Source: Sphaerochaetaceae bacterium (GTDB lineage Bacteria > Spirochaetota > Spirochaetia > Sphaerochaetales > Sphaerochaetaceae). Taken from it: a DNA stretch of 64,000 nucleotides. The translations under genes and the position numbers were made by a program. The notes beneath the pieces were generated by a model that saw nothing but the letters and a program-made list of their open reading frames with translations, was not told the DNA's origin and searched no databases. This document shows, piece after piece, positions 8,783-19,561 of the stretch (its first letter is position 1; every line of letters begins with the position of its first letter). The stretch lies in contig CAVISO010000001.1 in the NCBI GenBank assembly GCA_963645435.1, positions 3,987 to 67,986 on the forward strand, written 5' to 3'.

Positions 8783-9820
8783 ATGATTCGTTTCTACAAG
8801 CCAACTATAAAGCGTAAAGATATGGACAGCGTCCTTCAGACTATGGTGGACGAGAAAATTGGTCCCGGCGAGAAGGTGCTTTCCTTCATGCAGGCGTATT
8901 CTGACACTATCAAAGCCATTTCCTCTTCCTCCTACAGAACTTATCCCGATTGTCTTACCGCTGCCCTCCTTATGGCTGGCGCAGGAGAAGGGGTAAAGGT
9001 GGCGGTTTCTCCGCTTTCGCCTCAGCTTTATAAGACGGTTATTGAAAACGTTGGTGCTGAAATGGTCTACGTGGATGTGGACAAGGAAAACGGTTGTCCA
9101 AGGGAAGATTTAGTCTCTTCAAGTGGTGCCGATATTCTGCTACTTTACGAAAACTATGGCACAATTCCTATGAAATACAATGAAAAAACCACTTATGCTG
9201 AACTTTTAGACTATGGTTCTGTAAAAGTGATTGAGGACATTAGCGAGTCTATTGGCGGTCATCTTAAGGAGGAGGGCTATGCTGGAGCGGTAGGTCAACT
9301 GGTGGTTTGTGCCTTTGAAGAGGACTCTGTAGTCTCTGCCGGTGGTGGCAGCGCCGTGGGTGCCAAGAGTGAACTGGTTTCTGCCTTAAGGGGTAGAAGA
9401 CCTTCCAAATATGTGAAAATGCCTGACTTAAATGCTTCCTTGGGGCTAGTACAGCTTGCTAATCTTGAGGCTAACAGTGCCAAAAGAAGAGAAATTGTTA
9501 AACTGTACCAGCAAGGGCTTTCCAAGACCAGACACAAGCAATTTGGTCTTTCTTTGATAGATTTTGAGTCTAACTGCAGTGGTTTTGCCGTTCTTTTGGA
9601 TTCAAAGCCAGACGAAGCCATTAAGTTTGGCGCAAAACATGACGTGCCTATCAAGTTGGCTTTTGAAAATTGTTTGATTAAGGACTATGACGGAGATCCG
9701 TTTGAGGCTTTCCCTGTTGCAGCCTCTTACTATTATAGAGCGGTTTCGTTCCCGGTTTATCCTTTCCTGAAGGGTACTGAGATTGATTTAATTTCCAAGA
9801 TTATCTCTCATTTGCCGTAA
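8783..9820 (+). CDS. DegT/DnrJ/EryC1/StrS aminotransferase-fold protein, apparently lacking the PLP lysine
   Basis: The N-terminus FYKPTIKRKDMDSVLQTMVDEKIGPGEKVLSFMQAY and VIEDISESIG align to the family (ArnB: VIEDAAHAVG). I moved the start to the ATG at 8783 (MIRFYKP), the usual family N-terminus. Confidence 0.6.
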   Translation: MIRFYKPTIKRKDMDSVLQTMVDEKIGPGEKVLSFMQAYSDTIKAISSSSYRTYPDCLTAALLMAGAGEGVKVAVSPLSPQLYKTVIENVGAEMVYVDVDKENGCPREDLVSSSGADILLLYENYGTIPMKYNEKTTYAELLDYGSVKVIEDISESIGGHLKEEGYAGAVGQLVVCAFEEDSVVSAGGGSAVGAKSELVSALRGRRPSKYVKMPDLNASLGLVQLANLEANSAKRREIVKLYQQGLSKTRHKQFGLSLIDFESNCSGFAVLLDSKPDEAIKFGAKHDVPIKLAFENCLIKDYDGDPFEAFPVAASYYYRAVSFPVYPFLKGTEIDLISKIISHLP

Positions 9821-9829
9821 GGAGTGGCT

Positions 9830-10681
9830 ATGACGGTTAGGAATATTGTAATTTGTGTTAACAGTACCAAACCTGGGGCAGAAGCCCTTTCAGAGGACAT
9901 GCGTAAGTTCTTCTCTAGTAAGAACATTTCCACCAGTTTTGTCAGGCTTTCTTCAACCGAAGAAGACTGTCAAATCAATATTCCTAAGGCTGATTTAGTC
10001 ATTTCCCTTGGCGGCGATGGTACTGTTCTGACCTGTGCTGCTGCCCTTGCAGAGCGTAAAGTGCCAATTATGGCGGTAAACCTTGGCACTTTTGGCTATA
10101 TTACAAATACCTCTGCCAACGAGTACCAAGAGGTATTTATGGACTATGTAAATAGGGCAGTTTTTCCTGTAGAGCGCATGATGCTGGATATGTGTGTAAG
10201 GCGAGATGGAGAACCTGTTTATCAGGCTAGCGCTCTAAATGACATGACAATTGGTGCCTGCTCTATGTCTAAACTTGTGCATCTTTCGTTGAACATTAAT
10301 GGAGTGAGAGCGGCAAGTCTTAAAGGAGATGGGCTTATTTTTGCAACTCCTATGGGTTCTACTGCCTATAGCCTTGCAGCAGGTGGTCCTATTTTGGATG
10401 CTTCCATGAAGGCTATCATAGTCAATCCAATCTGTCCTTTTGCCATGAGCGTTAGACCGCTGGTGGTAAGTGATAATTCTGTCCTGGAGGTGGTTATTCC
10501 GTCTCAAAGAACCAGTATTGCCATTTCTGCAGACGGTCATGGACTGTTTGAATTGCTGGAAGGGGACGTGGTAACGGTGAAAAAGAGTTTTTGCAGCGCA
10601 CTGTTTTTGGAGAATATTAGGCGTAATTCCATTGAGGTCTTGCGGGATAAACTAGGCTGGGCTGGAGGCTTTAATGCTTGA
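9830..10681 (+). CDS. nadK: NAD kinase
   Basis: Has the GGDGTVL motif plus NDMTI and GDGLIFATPMGSTAYSLAAGGPI. An AAGGAG RBS at 9819-9824 favours the ATG at 9830 over the GTG at 9824. Confidence 0.9.
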   Translation: MTVRNIVICVNSTKPGAEALSEDMRKFFSSKNISTSFVRLSSTEEDCQINIPKADLVISLGGDGTVLTCAAALAERKVPIMAVNLGTFGYITNTSANEYQEVFMDYVNRAVFPVERMMLDMCVRRDGEPVYQASALNDMTIGACSMSKLVHLSLNINGVRAASLKGDGLIFATPMGSTAYSLAAGGPILDASMKAIIVNPICPFAMSVRPLVVSDNSVLEVVIPSQRTSIAISADGHGLFELLEGDVVTVKKSFCSALFLENIRRNSIEVLRDKLGWAGGFNA

Positions 10682-12317
10682 GCATCTTGAGATTAGAAAC
10701 TATGCACTAATTGAGAATCTCAGCGTGGATTTTTCTCAGGGTTTTAATGTAATAACTGGTGAAACCGGTGCTGGTAAGTCCATTATCCTTGGTGCCTTGG
10801 GGCTGCTCATGGGGGAGAAGGCAGACACATCTGCAATTCGTAACGGGGCAGAGGAAATTATCATTAACGCCGTAGTTTCTGTTCCTGAAGGGCACGAGAT
10901 TTTGCCCTGGCTTCTGGAAAAGGGGGTAGAGCCTGAAGACGGCGCCCTTTACATCAAGCGAACGGTAAGGGCATCGGGCCGCTCCATGATTTACGTGCAG
11001 GGTCAGCTTTTCATGCGCCAGGATTTGTGCCATCTTGCAGATAGCCTGATTGATATGCACGGGCAAAGTGAGCACCAGAGTCTTCTACATGCCGATAAAC
11101 AGCGCAAAATCCTTGATTCTTATGCCGATAATTTTACTCTTCTAGACGCTTGCTCTTTATCCTACAAGAAATTAGCTGAACTTCAACAAGAGAAGGCTGC
11201 TTTGTTATTGCAATTGGAAGAGGGACGCCGACAGGCCGATTACTTTAGTTTTGCCCTGGAAGAAATTGAGAACGCAAAACTTGTTCTTGATGAGGACGAA
11301 GAACTTTCTGAAAAAATTAAGGTGCTAAGTTCTTATGAATCCATCTATGAGAACGTTACCTTAAGTTCTGACAAACTTAAGGAGTCCAGAGGTCTTTTGT
11401 ATGATGCCTCTGCCTTTTGTAGTAAGGCTGCAAAAAGTGATGCCACTTTAGCGGATTTTACTGCAAGAATTGAAGCCTCTCGTATTGAGCTGGAAGATAT
11501 TTCTCAGGCTTTCAGAGATTATTTGGGTTCTGTTGAATATTCACAGGATGCAATTAACCGCATGCAGGACCGGCTTGCTGCTTTGCAAAAACTTAAACGT
11601 AAGTATGGTCCGGCTTTGAAGGATGTTATTGCTTTTGGTCAGAAAGCCAGGGAGTCTTTGGAGCTGTCGCAAAACTTTGAAGATAAACTAGAGGGCTGTG
11701 ACAAGGCTATTTCAGAAGAGCAGGCTAGGTTTGGAGCCCTTTGTGCTTCTCTTACTTCTTCTCGTAAGAAGTCTGCATTGGTATTACAGAAGGGAATTTG
11801 TGAGGTATTAAGACTTTTGGGAATGCCTAATGCTGAATTTGCAATTGAGGTAACTCCTTTGGAGAAGGCAAATTCCTTTGGCTCTGATGCAGTGAGTTTT
11901 AAGATAAGTGCAAATCCTGGCGAACCTATGAAGGAGATAAAGGCTATTGCTTCAGGTGGAGAACTTAGCAGAGTCATGCTTGCTCTAAAGACCGTTTTGG
12001 CTTCTCAGGATTCTATTCAGACTCAGGTGTTTGATGAGGTGGATTCCGGAATTGGTGGTTCTGTGGCTTTGAGTCTGGCTCAGTGTATTGGAACTCTTGC
12101 TGAGAAGAAACAGGTTATTGCTATTACACATCTTGCCAGTATTGCTAGCTGTGCTGATACTCAAATGGTAGTTACAAAAGAAGTGAAGGACGGCAGAACG
12201 TACACGCATCTTAAGGTTGTCGCTGGACAGGAGCGGGTTCATGAAATTGCTAGAATGCTTAGTGGTGACGAAAGTGAAGTCTCTTTAGAGCATGCTCGCA
12301 AAATGCTTGGGCTTTGA
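10674..12317 (+). CDS. recN: DNA repair protein RecN
   Basis: Has Walker A GETGAGKSII, a long coiled-coil middle region, and the C-terminal signature SGGELSRVMLALK with FDEVDSGIGG. Confidence 0.9.
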   Translation: MLEHLEIRNYALIENLSVDFSQGFNVITGETGAGKSIILGALGLLMGEKADTSAIRNGAEEIIINAVVSVPEGHEILPWLLEKGVEPEDGALYIKRTVRASGRSMIYVQGQLFMRQDLCHLADSLIDMHGQSEHQSLLHADKQRKILDSYADNFTLLDACSLSYKKLAELQQEKAALLLQLEEGRRQADYFSFALEEIENAKLVLDEDEELSEKIKVLSSYESIYENVTLSSDKLKESRGLLYDASAFCSKAAKSDATLADFTARIEASRIELEDISQAFRDYLGSVEYSQDAINRMQDRLAALQKLKRKYGPALKDVIAFGQKARESLELSQNFEDKLEGCDKAISEEQARFGALCASLTSSRKKSALVLQKGICEVLRLLGMPNAEFAIEVTPLEKANSFGSDAVSFKISANPGEPMKEIKAIASGGELSRVMLALKTVLASQDSIQTQVFDEVDSGIGGSVALSLAQCIGTLAEKKQVIAITHLASIASCADTQMVVTKEVKDGRTYTHLKVVAGQERVHEIARMLSGDESEVSLEHARKMLGL

Positions 12318-12387
12318 ATTGATTGACTAAATAGGGCGGTTTCTCTAAAATTTTTGACATAGAGATTACCTCTAAAGGGGAGCTTGC

Positions 12388-13092
12388 ATGGTTCTTGTAG
12401 ACATTGACACTTTGTCAGAGGCTGAGCTTAGAGATATTGCCCAGCAGCTGGACATTGAGGATTGGGAAGATCTTTCACAAGAAGAGCTGGTTGAAGCCAT
12501 TGAAGACAGTTATGATGACGAAGATTTGCCAGAGCGCATTTCTAGGGAAGCGTCTTCAGGTCACAGATACATTAAGTTGCAAAACAGACCGGAGCCTAAA
12601 GAGGGTTTTGGCTTTCCTGGAGTAGAGGAGCTTCCTGATTTTTATAATGAAACCTCCATTTGCTTATTGCTTAAGGATTGCAACTGGGCCTACGCCTTTT
12701 GGAATCTAAGTCCAAACACTATGGAGGACATTGAGCAAAAGAAGGCTGAACTGCTGGTTAGAGTTGCCGTTTTGGACGAAAATGGCAAGCAGGAAGATTC
12801 TTATGATATCGGGATTGAAAAGGAAGATTCTGACTGGAATGTGGAGCTTCCTTGGCAGGGTAAGTCCTACAAGGCGTTTTTGGTGGCGGTGCAAGGCAAA
12901 AATGAAGAAGTCCTGGCGCAAAGCAATGTGGTGGTTGTGCAAAAATGTTGGCTTGAGGAGCATTTGGACGTGCTTGAAGACCCTGACAGGTTCAATTTGT
13001 TGATGAGTGCCCAGTTTACGAAGGGGGGAAACGTGCTGAATAACCTGCAGGTGCGCCACCTTCTGGAGCAGTTTAAGAATCTGGAGGCTTGA
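12388..13092 (+). CDS. DUF4912-type protein with Rho-N-like N-terminal helix pair
   Basis: Has an acidic N-terminus LSEAELRDIAQQLDIEDWEDLSQEELVEAI. It sits immediately (1-nt gap) upstream of a GH57 enzyme, the usual partner of this family. The family name is from memory. Confidence 0.55.
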   Translation: MVLVDIDTLSEAELRDIAQQLDIEDWEDLSQEELVEAIEDSYDDEDLPERISREASSGHRYIKLQNRPEPKEGFGFPGVEELPDFYNETSICLLLKDCNWAYAFWNLSPNTMEDIEQKKAELLVRVAVLDENGKQEDSYDIGIEKEDSDWNVELPWQGKSYKAFLVAVQGKNEEVLAQSNVVVVQKCWLEEHLDVLEDPDRFNLLMSAQFTKGGNVLNNLQVRHLLEQFKNLEA

Positions 13093-13093
13093 G

Positions 13094-14725
13094 ATGAGAA
13101 CTGATAGGATTAATTTCATTTTTAATGCACATCTGCCTTTTGTGAGACATCCGGAGTACCCTAGATTTTTGGAAGAGGATTGGCTTTTTGAGGCCATGAA
13201 TGAGTCTTATATTCCGCTTTTGAGGATGATGGAACGGCTGAAAGAGGATAATGTTTCGTTTAAGCTTACGTTCTCGCTGGCTCCTACGCTCTGTGCCATG
13301 CTTTCTGATGAACTCTTGTGCGAACGTTTTGTGTCCTACTTGAATCAGCATATTGAGCTGGGCAGTAAGGAAGTGGAACGTCTAGCTAAGGAGCCTGAGA
13401 CTAGGGTTCTGGCTGAGGCTTATTTGAAGAATCTGAATGAGAATCTTCAGTTCTATGAAAAGTATGATAGAAATATCCTGACGGCTTTTAATGAACTTTC
13501 TAACAGTGGTCATTTGGAATTAATTACTACCACTGCAACCCATGCTTTTTTGCCTGCTTATAAGGATTATCCAGTGGCTACTAATGCCCAGATTGAAACT
13601 GGTGTTATGAACCATTTGAGAACCTTTGATAAGCTTACTGAGGGTTTTTGGCTTCCTGAGTGCGGTTATTATCCTGGTTTGGAAGAACTTCTTGCTAGAC
13701 ATAATATTAAGTGGACTACTTTAGGTGCACAGGCGTTCATTCTTTCGCAGGATGAGCCTAAACAGGGCACTTTTGCTCCTGTTAAGTGCCCTAACGGACT
13801 GTACTGCTTTGCCAGAGATTTTCACTTGACCAGTCTGGTATGGTCCTCCACTGAGGGCTATCCTTGTGACCCGGAATACAGAGAGTTCTACAGAGACATT
13901 GGTTATGATTTGCCTTTGGACTACATTGGACCTTACATTCATGAACCTAATGTTAGGGTTTTTACTGGTTTTAAGTACTGGGCTATTACTGGTAAGGGTC
14001 AGGACAAGGTGCTTTATGATCCTAAGAAGGCGGCTTCTAAGGTATCTTTGCATGCAGGTAACTTCATCTATAATGTGAAAAGTTCTGGAACCCTAGTTGG
14101 TTCTGCCCTTAAAAATGATCCTGTTTTCACCGTTAGCTTTGATGCTGAACTCTTTGGGCACTGGTGGTACGAAGGAATTCAGTGGCTGGAGCAGGTCATC
14201 CGCAGGGTTGATCTTGAGGAAAATATGCTTCTTACAACGCCTAGCGAGATTATTGCTTTGGGCGAGAAGGTAGATACTCTCAGACCTGCTTATTCAACTT
14301 GGGGTGAGGGTGGTTTCTCTGGACCATGGGTGGATAGCAGTTCTAATGCTAAGTCTTACAGACATATTTTCAAGGCTCTTGAGCACATGACAGAGTTAGC
14401 AGACCGCTTCTCTAATCAGAAGTCGCTTAAACAGCGCTTCCTCACTCAGGCGGCTAGAGAGACCCTGCTGGCTATGGCTAGTGACTGGCCTTTTATCATT
14501 CACAACCACACCAGCGAAGGTTATGCTAAGAAGCGGCTTGAAGGACATCTTCAGAATGTTAACCTGGTCTATGAAAATATGTGTAGAAATGCTGTGAATA
14601 CGGAGTGGCTGGTTAGGGCAGAAAAGAGGGATAATATCTTCAGCTGGCTTGATTATAACATCTTCAATTCTAAGCATTTAAATGAGGATAGTCCTATCTT
14701 CACCACTGATTTTACTGAGATTTAA
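13094..14725 (+). CDS. Glycoside hydrolase family 57 1,4-alpha-glucan branching enzyme
   Basis: Has the GH57 N-terminal pattern FIFNAHLPFVRHPEYP...WLFEAMNESYIPLL, plus HAFLP, WLPECGY, FDAELFGHWWYEG and a DUF1957-like C-terminal domain. Confidence 0.85.
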   Translation: MRTDRINFIFNAHLPFVRHPEYPRFLEEDWLFEAMNESYIPLLRMMERLKEDNVSFKLTFSLAPTLCAMLSDELLCERFVSYLNQHIELGSKEVERLAKEPETRVLAEAYLKNLNENLQFYEKYDRNILTAFNELSNSGHLELITTTATHAFLPAYKDYPVATNAQIETGVMNHLRTFDKLTEGFWLPECGYYPGLEELLARHNIKWTTLGAQAFILSQDEPKQGTFAPVKCPNGLYCFARDFHLTSLVWSSTEGYPCDPEYREFYRDIGYDLPLDYIGPYIHEPNVRVFTGFKYWAITGKGQDKVLYDPKKAASKVSLHAGNFIYNVKSSGTLVGSALKNDPVFTVSFDAELFGHWWYEGIQWLEQVIRRVDLEENMLLTTPSEIIALGEKVDTLRPAYSTWGEGGFSGPWVDSSSNAKSYRHIFKALEHMTELADRFSNQKSLKQRFLTQAARETLLAMASDWPFIIHNHTSEGYAKKRLEGHLQNVNLVYENMCRNAVNTEWLVRAEKRDNIFSWLDYNIFNSKHLNEDSPIFTTDFTEI

Positions 14726-14729
14726 TTTT

Positions 14730-14750
14730 AGAGGTTTTTCAAAAACCTCT
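14730..14750. terminator. Hairpin between convergent GH57 and LUD genes (bidirectional terminator candidate)
   Basis: Perfect 9-bp stem AGAGGTTTT / AAAACCTCT with a 3-nt loop. TTTT lies on the left flank and would supply the U-tract for the minus-strand transcript. Confidence 0.55.
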
Positions 14751-15428
14751 TTAGTAGCCTAATTCTTCTCCAATGATGATTACTAGCATTCTGCCCTCAG
14801 GCTGTCTTCCGGTGATGACGGCATTTTGACACAGTCTTGCAGTGCAGGCTCCTGCGGGTGGAAACATCATGTTGCGGCCTTTCAGATCCTGAGAGATGCA
14901 GTGTCCATGCTTGGCACAGTAGGTGTCAAAACCTAGTCTTATGGCATTAGCTGGAGCGCAAACGGTCTTCATCCTTATCATTGCGTCCTCAAGGGTAGGG
15001 ACTATTTTATTGTAGCCAGCAACAACAATTACGCGTTTTGGCCCAAAGAGAAAGGCACAGAGGCGGTTGCCGGTTCCGTCTATGTTATAAAGGGCACCTT
15101 CCTGGGTTATGGCATTGGTGCCTGAGATAAAGGTGTCTGCCATGACACATTCCTGTTTACGTTTATAAGAGTCCTCTGGAGAAAGACCTTTCTCATAACG
15201 GTCAATGAACTTGTACTGAGGACTTGTGATTAAATCCATGGCACCAATCTGGCTGAGGGTTACAGAACCACCCACACCAATAGTTTCACCTGGAACTAAA
15301 AGGGTTTTCAGTAGTGCAACTGCTTCTTTACCTGTTGGAACGTAAACGCCTTTTATTCCATTCTTGCCTAGATTTTCTATTGTCTTTGAGATTCTCATGT
15401 TAATTACTTTTTGCAGATTTGGCTCCAT
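14751..15428 (-). CDS. LUD-domain (LutC/YkgG-like) protein
   Basis: Sequence pattern IENLGKNGIKGVYVPTGKEAVALL...GETIGVGGSVTL...VVAGYNKIV is typical of stand-alone lactate-utilisation-domain proteins. Confidence 0.65.
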   Translation of the reverse strand: MEPNLQKVINMRISKTIENLGKNGIKGVYVPTGKEAVALLKTLLVPGETIGVGGSVTLSQIGAMDLITSPQYKFIDRYEKGLSPEDSYKRKQECVMADTFISGTNAITQEGALYNIDGTGNRLCAFLFGPKRVIVVAGYNKIVPTLEDAMIRMKTVCAPANAIRLGFDTYCAKHGHCISQDLKGRNMMFPPAGACTARLCQNAVITGRQPEGRMLVIIIGEELGY

Positions 15429-15471
15429 AGTTACCTCACTTGGTTTATTTTAGCATTTTTTTAAGGTTGTG

Positions 15472-15480
15472 TGTTATAAT
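15472..15480 (+). promoter_or_regulatory. Extended -10 promoter element (TGTTATAAT) upstream of the decarboxylase gene
   Basis: TGT (15472-15474) plus TATAAT (15475-15480). This lies about 40 nt upstream of the AAGGAG RBS and the ATG at 15521. Confidence 0.4.
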
Positions 15481-15520
15481 TGTGCGCAGGGTTCTGCAGA
15501 AACCAAAGGAGCCAAAAGAA

Positions 15521-16690
15521 ATGCCCTGTGAAAATCCATTAGCCCAGCGTGCTAGATTTAAAGAAATGGTTGAATACTCTAAAACCTTGACCACCCCTCA
15601 TGTGCTGGTTGACTTGCAATTGATAAAGGATTACTACCTGCGCATGAAGCAGGCTTGTCCGTATGCTACTATCTACTTTGCTCTTAAAGCGTGTCCTCTC
15701 AACGAGATAGCCACTATGCTGTACAACATGGGCTCCTGCTTTGATATTGCCAGCCGGTACGAACTGGATCAGGTGCTTGAGCTAGGTATTTCTCCCTCCC
15801 GCGTGTTTTATGGCAACCCAATTAAGAAGGAGGAGGACATAGCCTATTTCTGGTCCAAGGGCGTTACCACCTTTGCCAGCGACTGCGAGAATGATGTCCT
15901 TAAGATTGCCCGTGTAGCCCCTGGCGCTCAGGTCTACTTCCGGGTGCTGCTTCCTGCTAGTAATAGTGCAGATTGGCCGCTTTCTAGAAAGTTTGGTTGC
16001 CACAGCGACATGGTTTTGCAGCTAATCTCTCTTGCTTTATCCGTTGGTCTTAAGCCGGTAGGGCTTTCTTTCCACGTAGGATCTCAGCAGCGGGATGTAA
16101 CGGTTTGGGACACAGCCCTGTCTATGTGCGCAAATATTTTTGAGAAATCGCCTTGCAAGCTATCCTTAATTGACATGGGTGGAGGTCTTCCAGCCCGATA
16201 CACCTACGAGACCCTGTCCTTGGAAAACTATGGTCTAAAAATCAATAGTTATATTGAAAAATACTTTCCTGATGCCAAATCACGCCCTCGTTTTGTAATG
16301 GAACCAGGCAGAAGCCTAGTTGCGGACAGCGGCATTTTGGCTTCAACTGTGGTGGAAGTTGCCCAAAAGGGTGGAAACGAAGACTACCGTTGGGTATTCC
16401 TTGATACCGGCAAATTCAATGGCATGATTGAAACCATAGATGAGAGCATTCGCTATAGCAGTGTCTGTTCCTGTGATATGGACTGTACCCATCCAACCCA
16501 GTCGGTGGTGCTTGCAGGCCCAACCTGTGACAGTATGGATATCATGTATGAAAAAGAGAAGTATCCGCTTCCGGTGGATTTAAAGGCAGGGGATAGAATC
16601 TACTTTCTTGCAGCAGGCGCCTATACCGCAAGTTACGCCAGCGTCTGCTTCAACGGATTTCCGCCAATAAAGACGTACGTGTTTAAGTAA
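15521..16690 (+). CDS. Type III (alanine-racemase fold) PLP-dependent decarboxylase, ornithine-decarboxylase-like
   Basis: Matches include YFALKACP (PLP lysine motif, compare FYAVKCN), CFDIASRYELDQVL, FASDCENDVLKI, HVGSQ and GPTCDSMD. The start was moved to the ATG at 15521, which follows AAGGAG. Confidence 0.8.
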   Translation: MPCENPLAQRARFKEMVEYSKTLTTPHVLVDLQLIKDYYLRMKQACPYATIYFALKACPLNEIATMLYNMGSCFDIASRYELDQVLELGISPSRVFYGNPIKKEEDIAYFWSKGVTTFASDCENDVLKIARVAPGAQVYFRVLLPASNSADWPLSRKFGCHSDMVLQLISLALSVGLKPVGLSFHVGSQQRDVTVWDTALSMCANIFEKSPCKLSLIDMGGGLPARYTYETLSLENYGLKINSYIEKYFPDAKSRPRFVMEPGRSLVADSGILASTVVEVAQKGGNEDYRWVFLDTGKFNGMIETIDESIRYSSVCSCDMDCTHPTQSVVLAGPTCDSMDIMYEKEKYPLPVDLKAGDRIYFLAAGAYTASYASVCFNGFPPIKTYVFK

Positions 16691-16691
16691 T

Positions 16692-19469
16692 TTAGTTAGA
16701 GCCCAGGTTCCTGCCACAGCAGTTTTTGTACTTCTTACCACTGCCACAAGGACATGGATCATTGCGGCCTACTTTTGGGGTAGAGCGAACAATCTGAACT
16801 GAACTTTGGGCGTGGGCGTTCTCTGCCGCTCTGGCCTGAAGGGCTTGGCGTGCTGCCTGATTGGCAAATTGGCTGCTTTCACCGTGGGATTCAATAATCT
16901 TGCGAGGGCGAGTTGCTCTTGCATTTGGATTAGTACCTACGTTGATTTGAACTCTTACAACGGTCTTGGCTACGGTAGACTTGATTTGCTCAATCATGGC
17001 GTCAAAGATGTCAAAGCCTTCCAGCTTGTATTCCAAAAGAGGATTCTTTTGAGCATAAGAGCGCAGGGCAACGGAGTCTCTTAGGTCTTCCAGCTCTTCT
17101 AGATGGTTCTGCCATCTGCTATCTATTTGTCTTAAATAGATTTGACGGATAAATTCGCCAAAGTTCTCAGCTCCCACAATAGCCACCTTTGCCTCAACAT
17201 TCTTACGAATCAGGTCACTGATTTTAGAGGTAAGAGCCTCCTTTGACAGGCTTTCATCTTCTTTTGAGGGCTGGTAGTCATAACCAATCTTGTCCATGAG
17301 CTTCTGATGCAAAACTGCAAGATTATTGCTACCCTTGCTGTGACAGTCTTCAACGGCTTCTTCTATGAACTCAAAGCAGGCTTTAAGAGCACGTTCTACC
17401 AGGTTGGAGTCAATTAGAATGTCATCTCGCTGCCCATAGATGAAGTTTCGCTGTTCATTGAGCACATCATCATACTCAAGCAGATGTTTTCTTATTTCAA
17501 AGTTGCGTTCTTCTACGCGCTTTTGAGCAGTTTCAATGACCTTACTTACCATGGAGTGTTCAATTGGTTCTCCAGTGTTCATACCCATTCTTCCAACGAG
17601 GGCTTTGACATTGTCTTTTGCAAAGAGGCGCAAGATTGTGTCGTCAAAACTGACGTAGAAGCGGGAAACGCCTGGGTCTCCCTGGCGGCCGCTTCTTCCA
17701 CGAAGCTGATTATCAATACGGCGGGATTCATGACGCTCTGTACCAAGTATATATAAGCCACCTAAGGATTTAACTTCTTCATAGCTGGCTTTCCACTGAG
17801 CCTTGGTTTTCTCTTTTGCTATCTTAAATTCTTCTTCTGTGGCTTCTGTTCCACAAAGTCTTCTTGCAAGAGCATCAGGCGAGCCGCCCAGTTTGATATC
17901 TGTACCACGGCCTGCCATGTTGGTGGCAACCGTTACAGCGCCTTTGGCTCCGGCATTTTCAATTATGAGAGCTTCTCTTGCGTGGTTCTTGGCATTGAGC
18001 ACCTCATGAGCAATGCCCATCTTACGCAGCATGCCAGAGATTAATTCCGATTTTTCAATGGAAACGGTACCTACGAGAATTGGTTGACCTGTTTCATGTA
18101 CTCGTTTGATTTCCTCGCAAATGGCTTTATACTTAAAGGCTTCATTGAGATAGACGAGGTCATCTTTGTCTTCACGCTGTACTGGGACGTGGGTTGGAAT
18201 GACAACTACATCCAGGTTGTAAATGGCGGCAAATTCAGGGGCTTCCGTGTCAGCGGTACCGGTCATGCCGGAGACCTTGTCATACATTCTGAAGAAGTTC
18301 TGGAAGGTGATGGTAGCCAGCGTCTTGTTTTTGCCATAGACCTTGATGTGTTCTTTGGCTTCAATAGCCTGATGTAGTCCGTCACTGTAACGGCGTCCGT
18401 AAAGAATACGACCGGTAAATTCATCTACTATTTGGATTTGGTTGTCTTGAATGACGTAGTCTGTATCCTTGTGATACAGGTGCTTTGCCACCATGGCTTG
18501 GGTAACGTAATGGATGTATTCAAAGTTTTCATCGTCATAAAGTGAGCCCTGGATTATGCCTAGCCTGTGCAGAAGTTCCTCCATGTGCGCCATGCCTTGC
18601 TTAGTAAAACTTACGCGCCTGCTTTTTTCATCCAGCATGTAATCGCCATCGGGCTCCAATTTGGCACCATCTTCAAAGCGGGCAAAAGCCGATATCTCTG
18701 GGTATTCGCCAGTTTCAGGATCCTTTTCGCATTCTTTGAAGTAGGGGACAATCTTTTCAGCGTTCAGGGCCTGCTGGGTGTCGTCGTCAGCTGGACCTGA
18801 GATGATAAGTGGAGTCCTGGCCTCATCAATGAGGATGGAGTCAATTTCGTCTATGATGCAGTAGTGGTGCTTGGGTTGGATTTTGTCAACAAAACGCAGT
18901 TTCATGTTGTCGCGCAGGTAGTCAAAACCAAATTCATTGTTGGTACCATAGGTGACGTCACATAGATAGGCCTGCCTGCGCCGCTCGTTGTCCAGGTTGG
19001 AGACAATAACGCCTACAGTTAGACCCAGGAAGTTGTAAATTGGTCCCATCCACTGGGCATCACGTTGAGCCAAATAGTCATTGACGGTGACCACATGAAC
19101 GCCTTTTCCCTCCAGCGCATTGAGATAGGCCGCTGGAACGCTGGTGAGGGTCTTTCCTTCACCAGTTTTCATTTCAAGGATTTTGCCCTGATGCAGGACT
19201 ATTGCACCCATGATCTGCACATCATAATGGCGTTCACCAAGAACTCTGAAGGAGGCTTCTCTTGCTAATGCAAAGGCTTCTGGAAGAATTTGATCCAGAG
19301 TTTCTCCGTTTTTAATTCTTTCTTTGAATTTATTGGTTTGAAGTGGGAATTCTTCATCCTTCAGGGATTTTGCCCACGAATCAAAGGAATTTACTTTTTG
19401 TACAATAGGACTTAAGGCTTTGATGTCCTTGTCCTTTTTAGAACCAAATATTTTTGTTAAAAATGACAT
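16692..19469 (-). CDS. secA: Preprotein translocase ATPase SecA
   Basis: Matches include [45 protein letters not shown] and [10 protein letters not shown]. The C-terminal zinc motif is [14 protein letters not shown]. The start was set to ATG 19469 (MSFLTKIFG). Confidence 0.95.
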   Translation of the reverse strand: MSFLTKIFGSKKDKDIKALSPIVQKVNSFDSWAKSLKDEEFPLQTNKFKERIKNGETLDQILPEAFALAREASFRVLGERHYDVQIMGAIVLHQGKILEMKTGEGKTLTSVPAAYLNALEGKGVHVVTVNDYLAQRDAQWMGPIYNFLGLTVGVIVSNLDNERRRQAYLCDVTYGTNNEFGFDYLRDNMKLRFVDKIQPKHHYCIIDEIDSILIDEARTPLIISGPADDDTQQALNAEKIVPYFKECEKDPETGEYPEISAFARFEDGAKLEPDGDYMLDEKSRRVSFTKQGMAHMEELLHRLGIIQGSLYDDENFEYIHYVTQAMVAKHLYHKDTDYVIQDNQIQIVDEFTGRILYGRRYSDGLHQAIEAKEHIKVYGKNKTLATITFQNFFRMYDKVSGMTGTADTEAPEFAAIYNLDVVVIPTHVPVQREDKDDLVYLNEAFKYKAICEEIKRVHETGQPILVGTVSIEKSELISGMLRKMGIAHEVLNAKNHAREALIIENAGAKGAVTVATNMAGRGTDIKLGGSPDALARRLCGTEATEEEFKIAKEKTKAQWKASYEEVKSLGGLYILGTERHESRRIDNQLRGRSGRQGDPGVSRFYVSFDDTILRLFAKDNVKALVGRMGMNTGEPIEHSMVSKVIETAQKRVEERNFEIRKHLLEYDDVLNEQRNFIYGQRDDILIDSNLVERALKACFEFIEEAVEDCHSKGSNNLAVLHQKLMDKIGYDYQPSKEDESLSKEALTSKISDLIRKNVEAKVAIVGAENFGEFIRQIYLRQIDSRWQNHLEELEDLRDSVALRSYAQKNPLLEYKLEGFDIFDAMIEQIKSTVAKTVVRVQINVGTNPNARATRPRKIIESHGESSQFANQAARQALQARAAENAHAQSSVQIVRSTPKVGRNDPCPCGSGKKYKNCCGRNLGSN

Positions 19470-19510
19470 ACCGTAAGTATACCTAAAATAAGGCAAAACG
19501 AATAGATTGG

Positions 19511-19539
19511 TTGTCAGATTGGCTGGGATTTCTTATACT
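19511..19539 (+). promoter_or_regulatory. Sigma-70-type promoter for the cvpA-holB-HK-RR-dinG cluster
   Basis: TTGTCA (19511-19516), a 17-nt spacer, then TATACT (19534-19539). This lies 22 nt upstream of the cvpA ATG. Confidence 0.5.
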
Positions 19540-19561
19540 ATTATTATTGCAGAGGGAGAAA

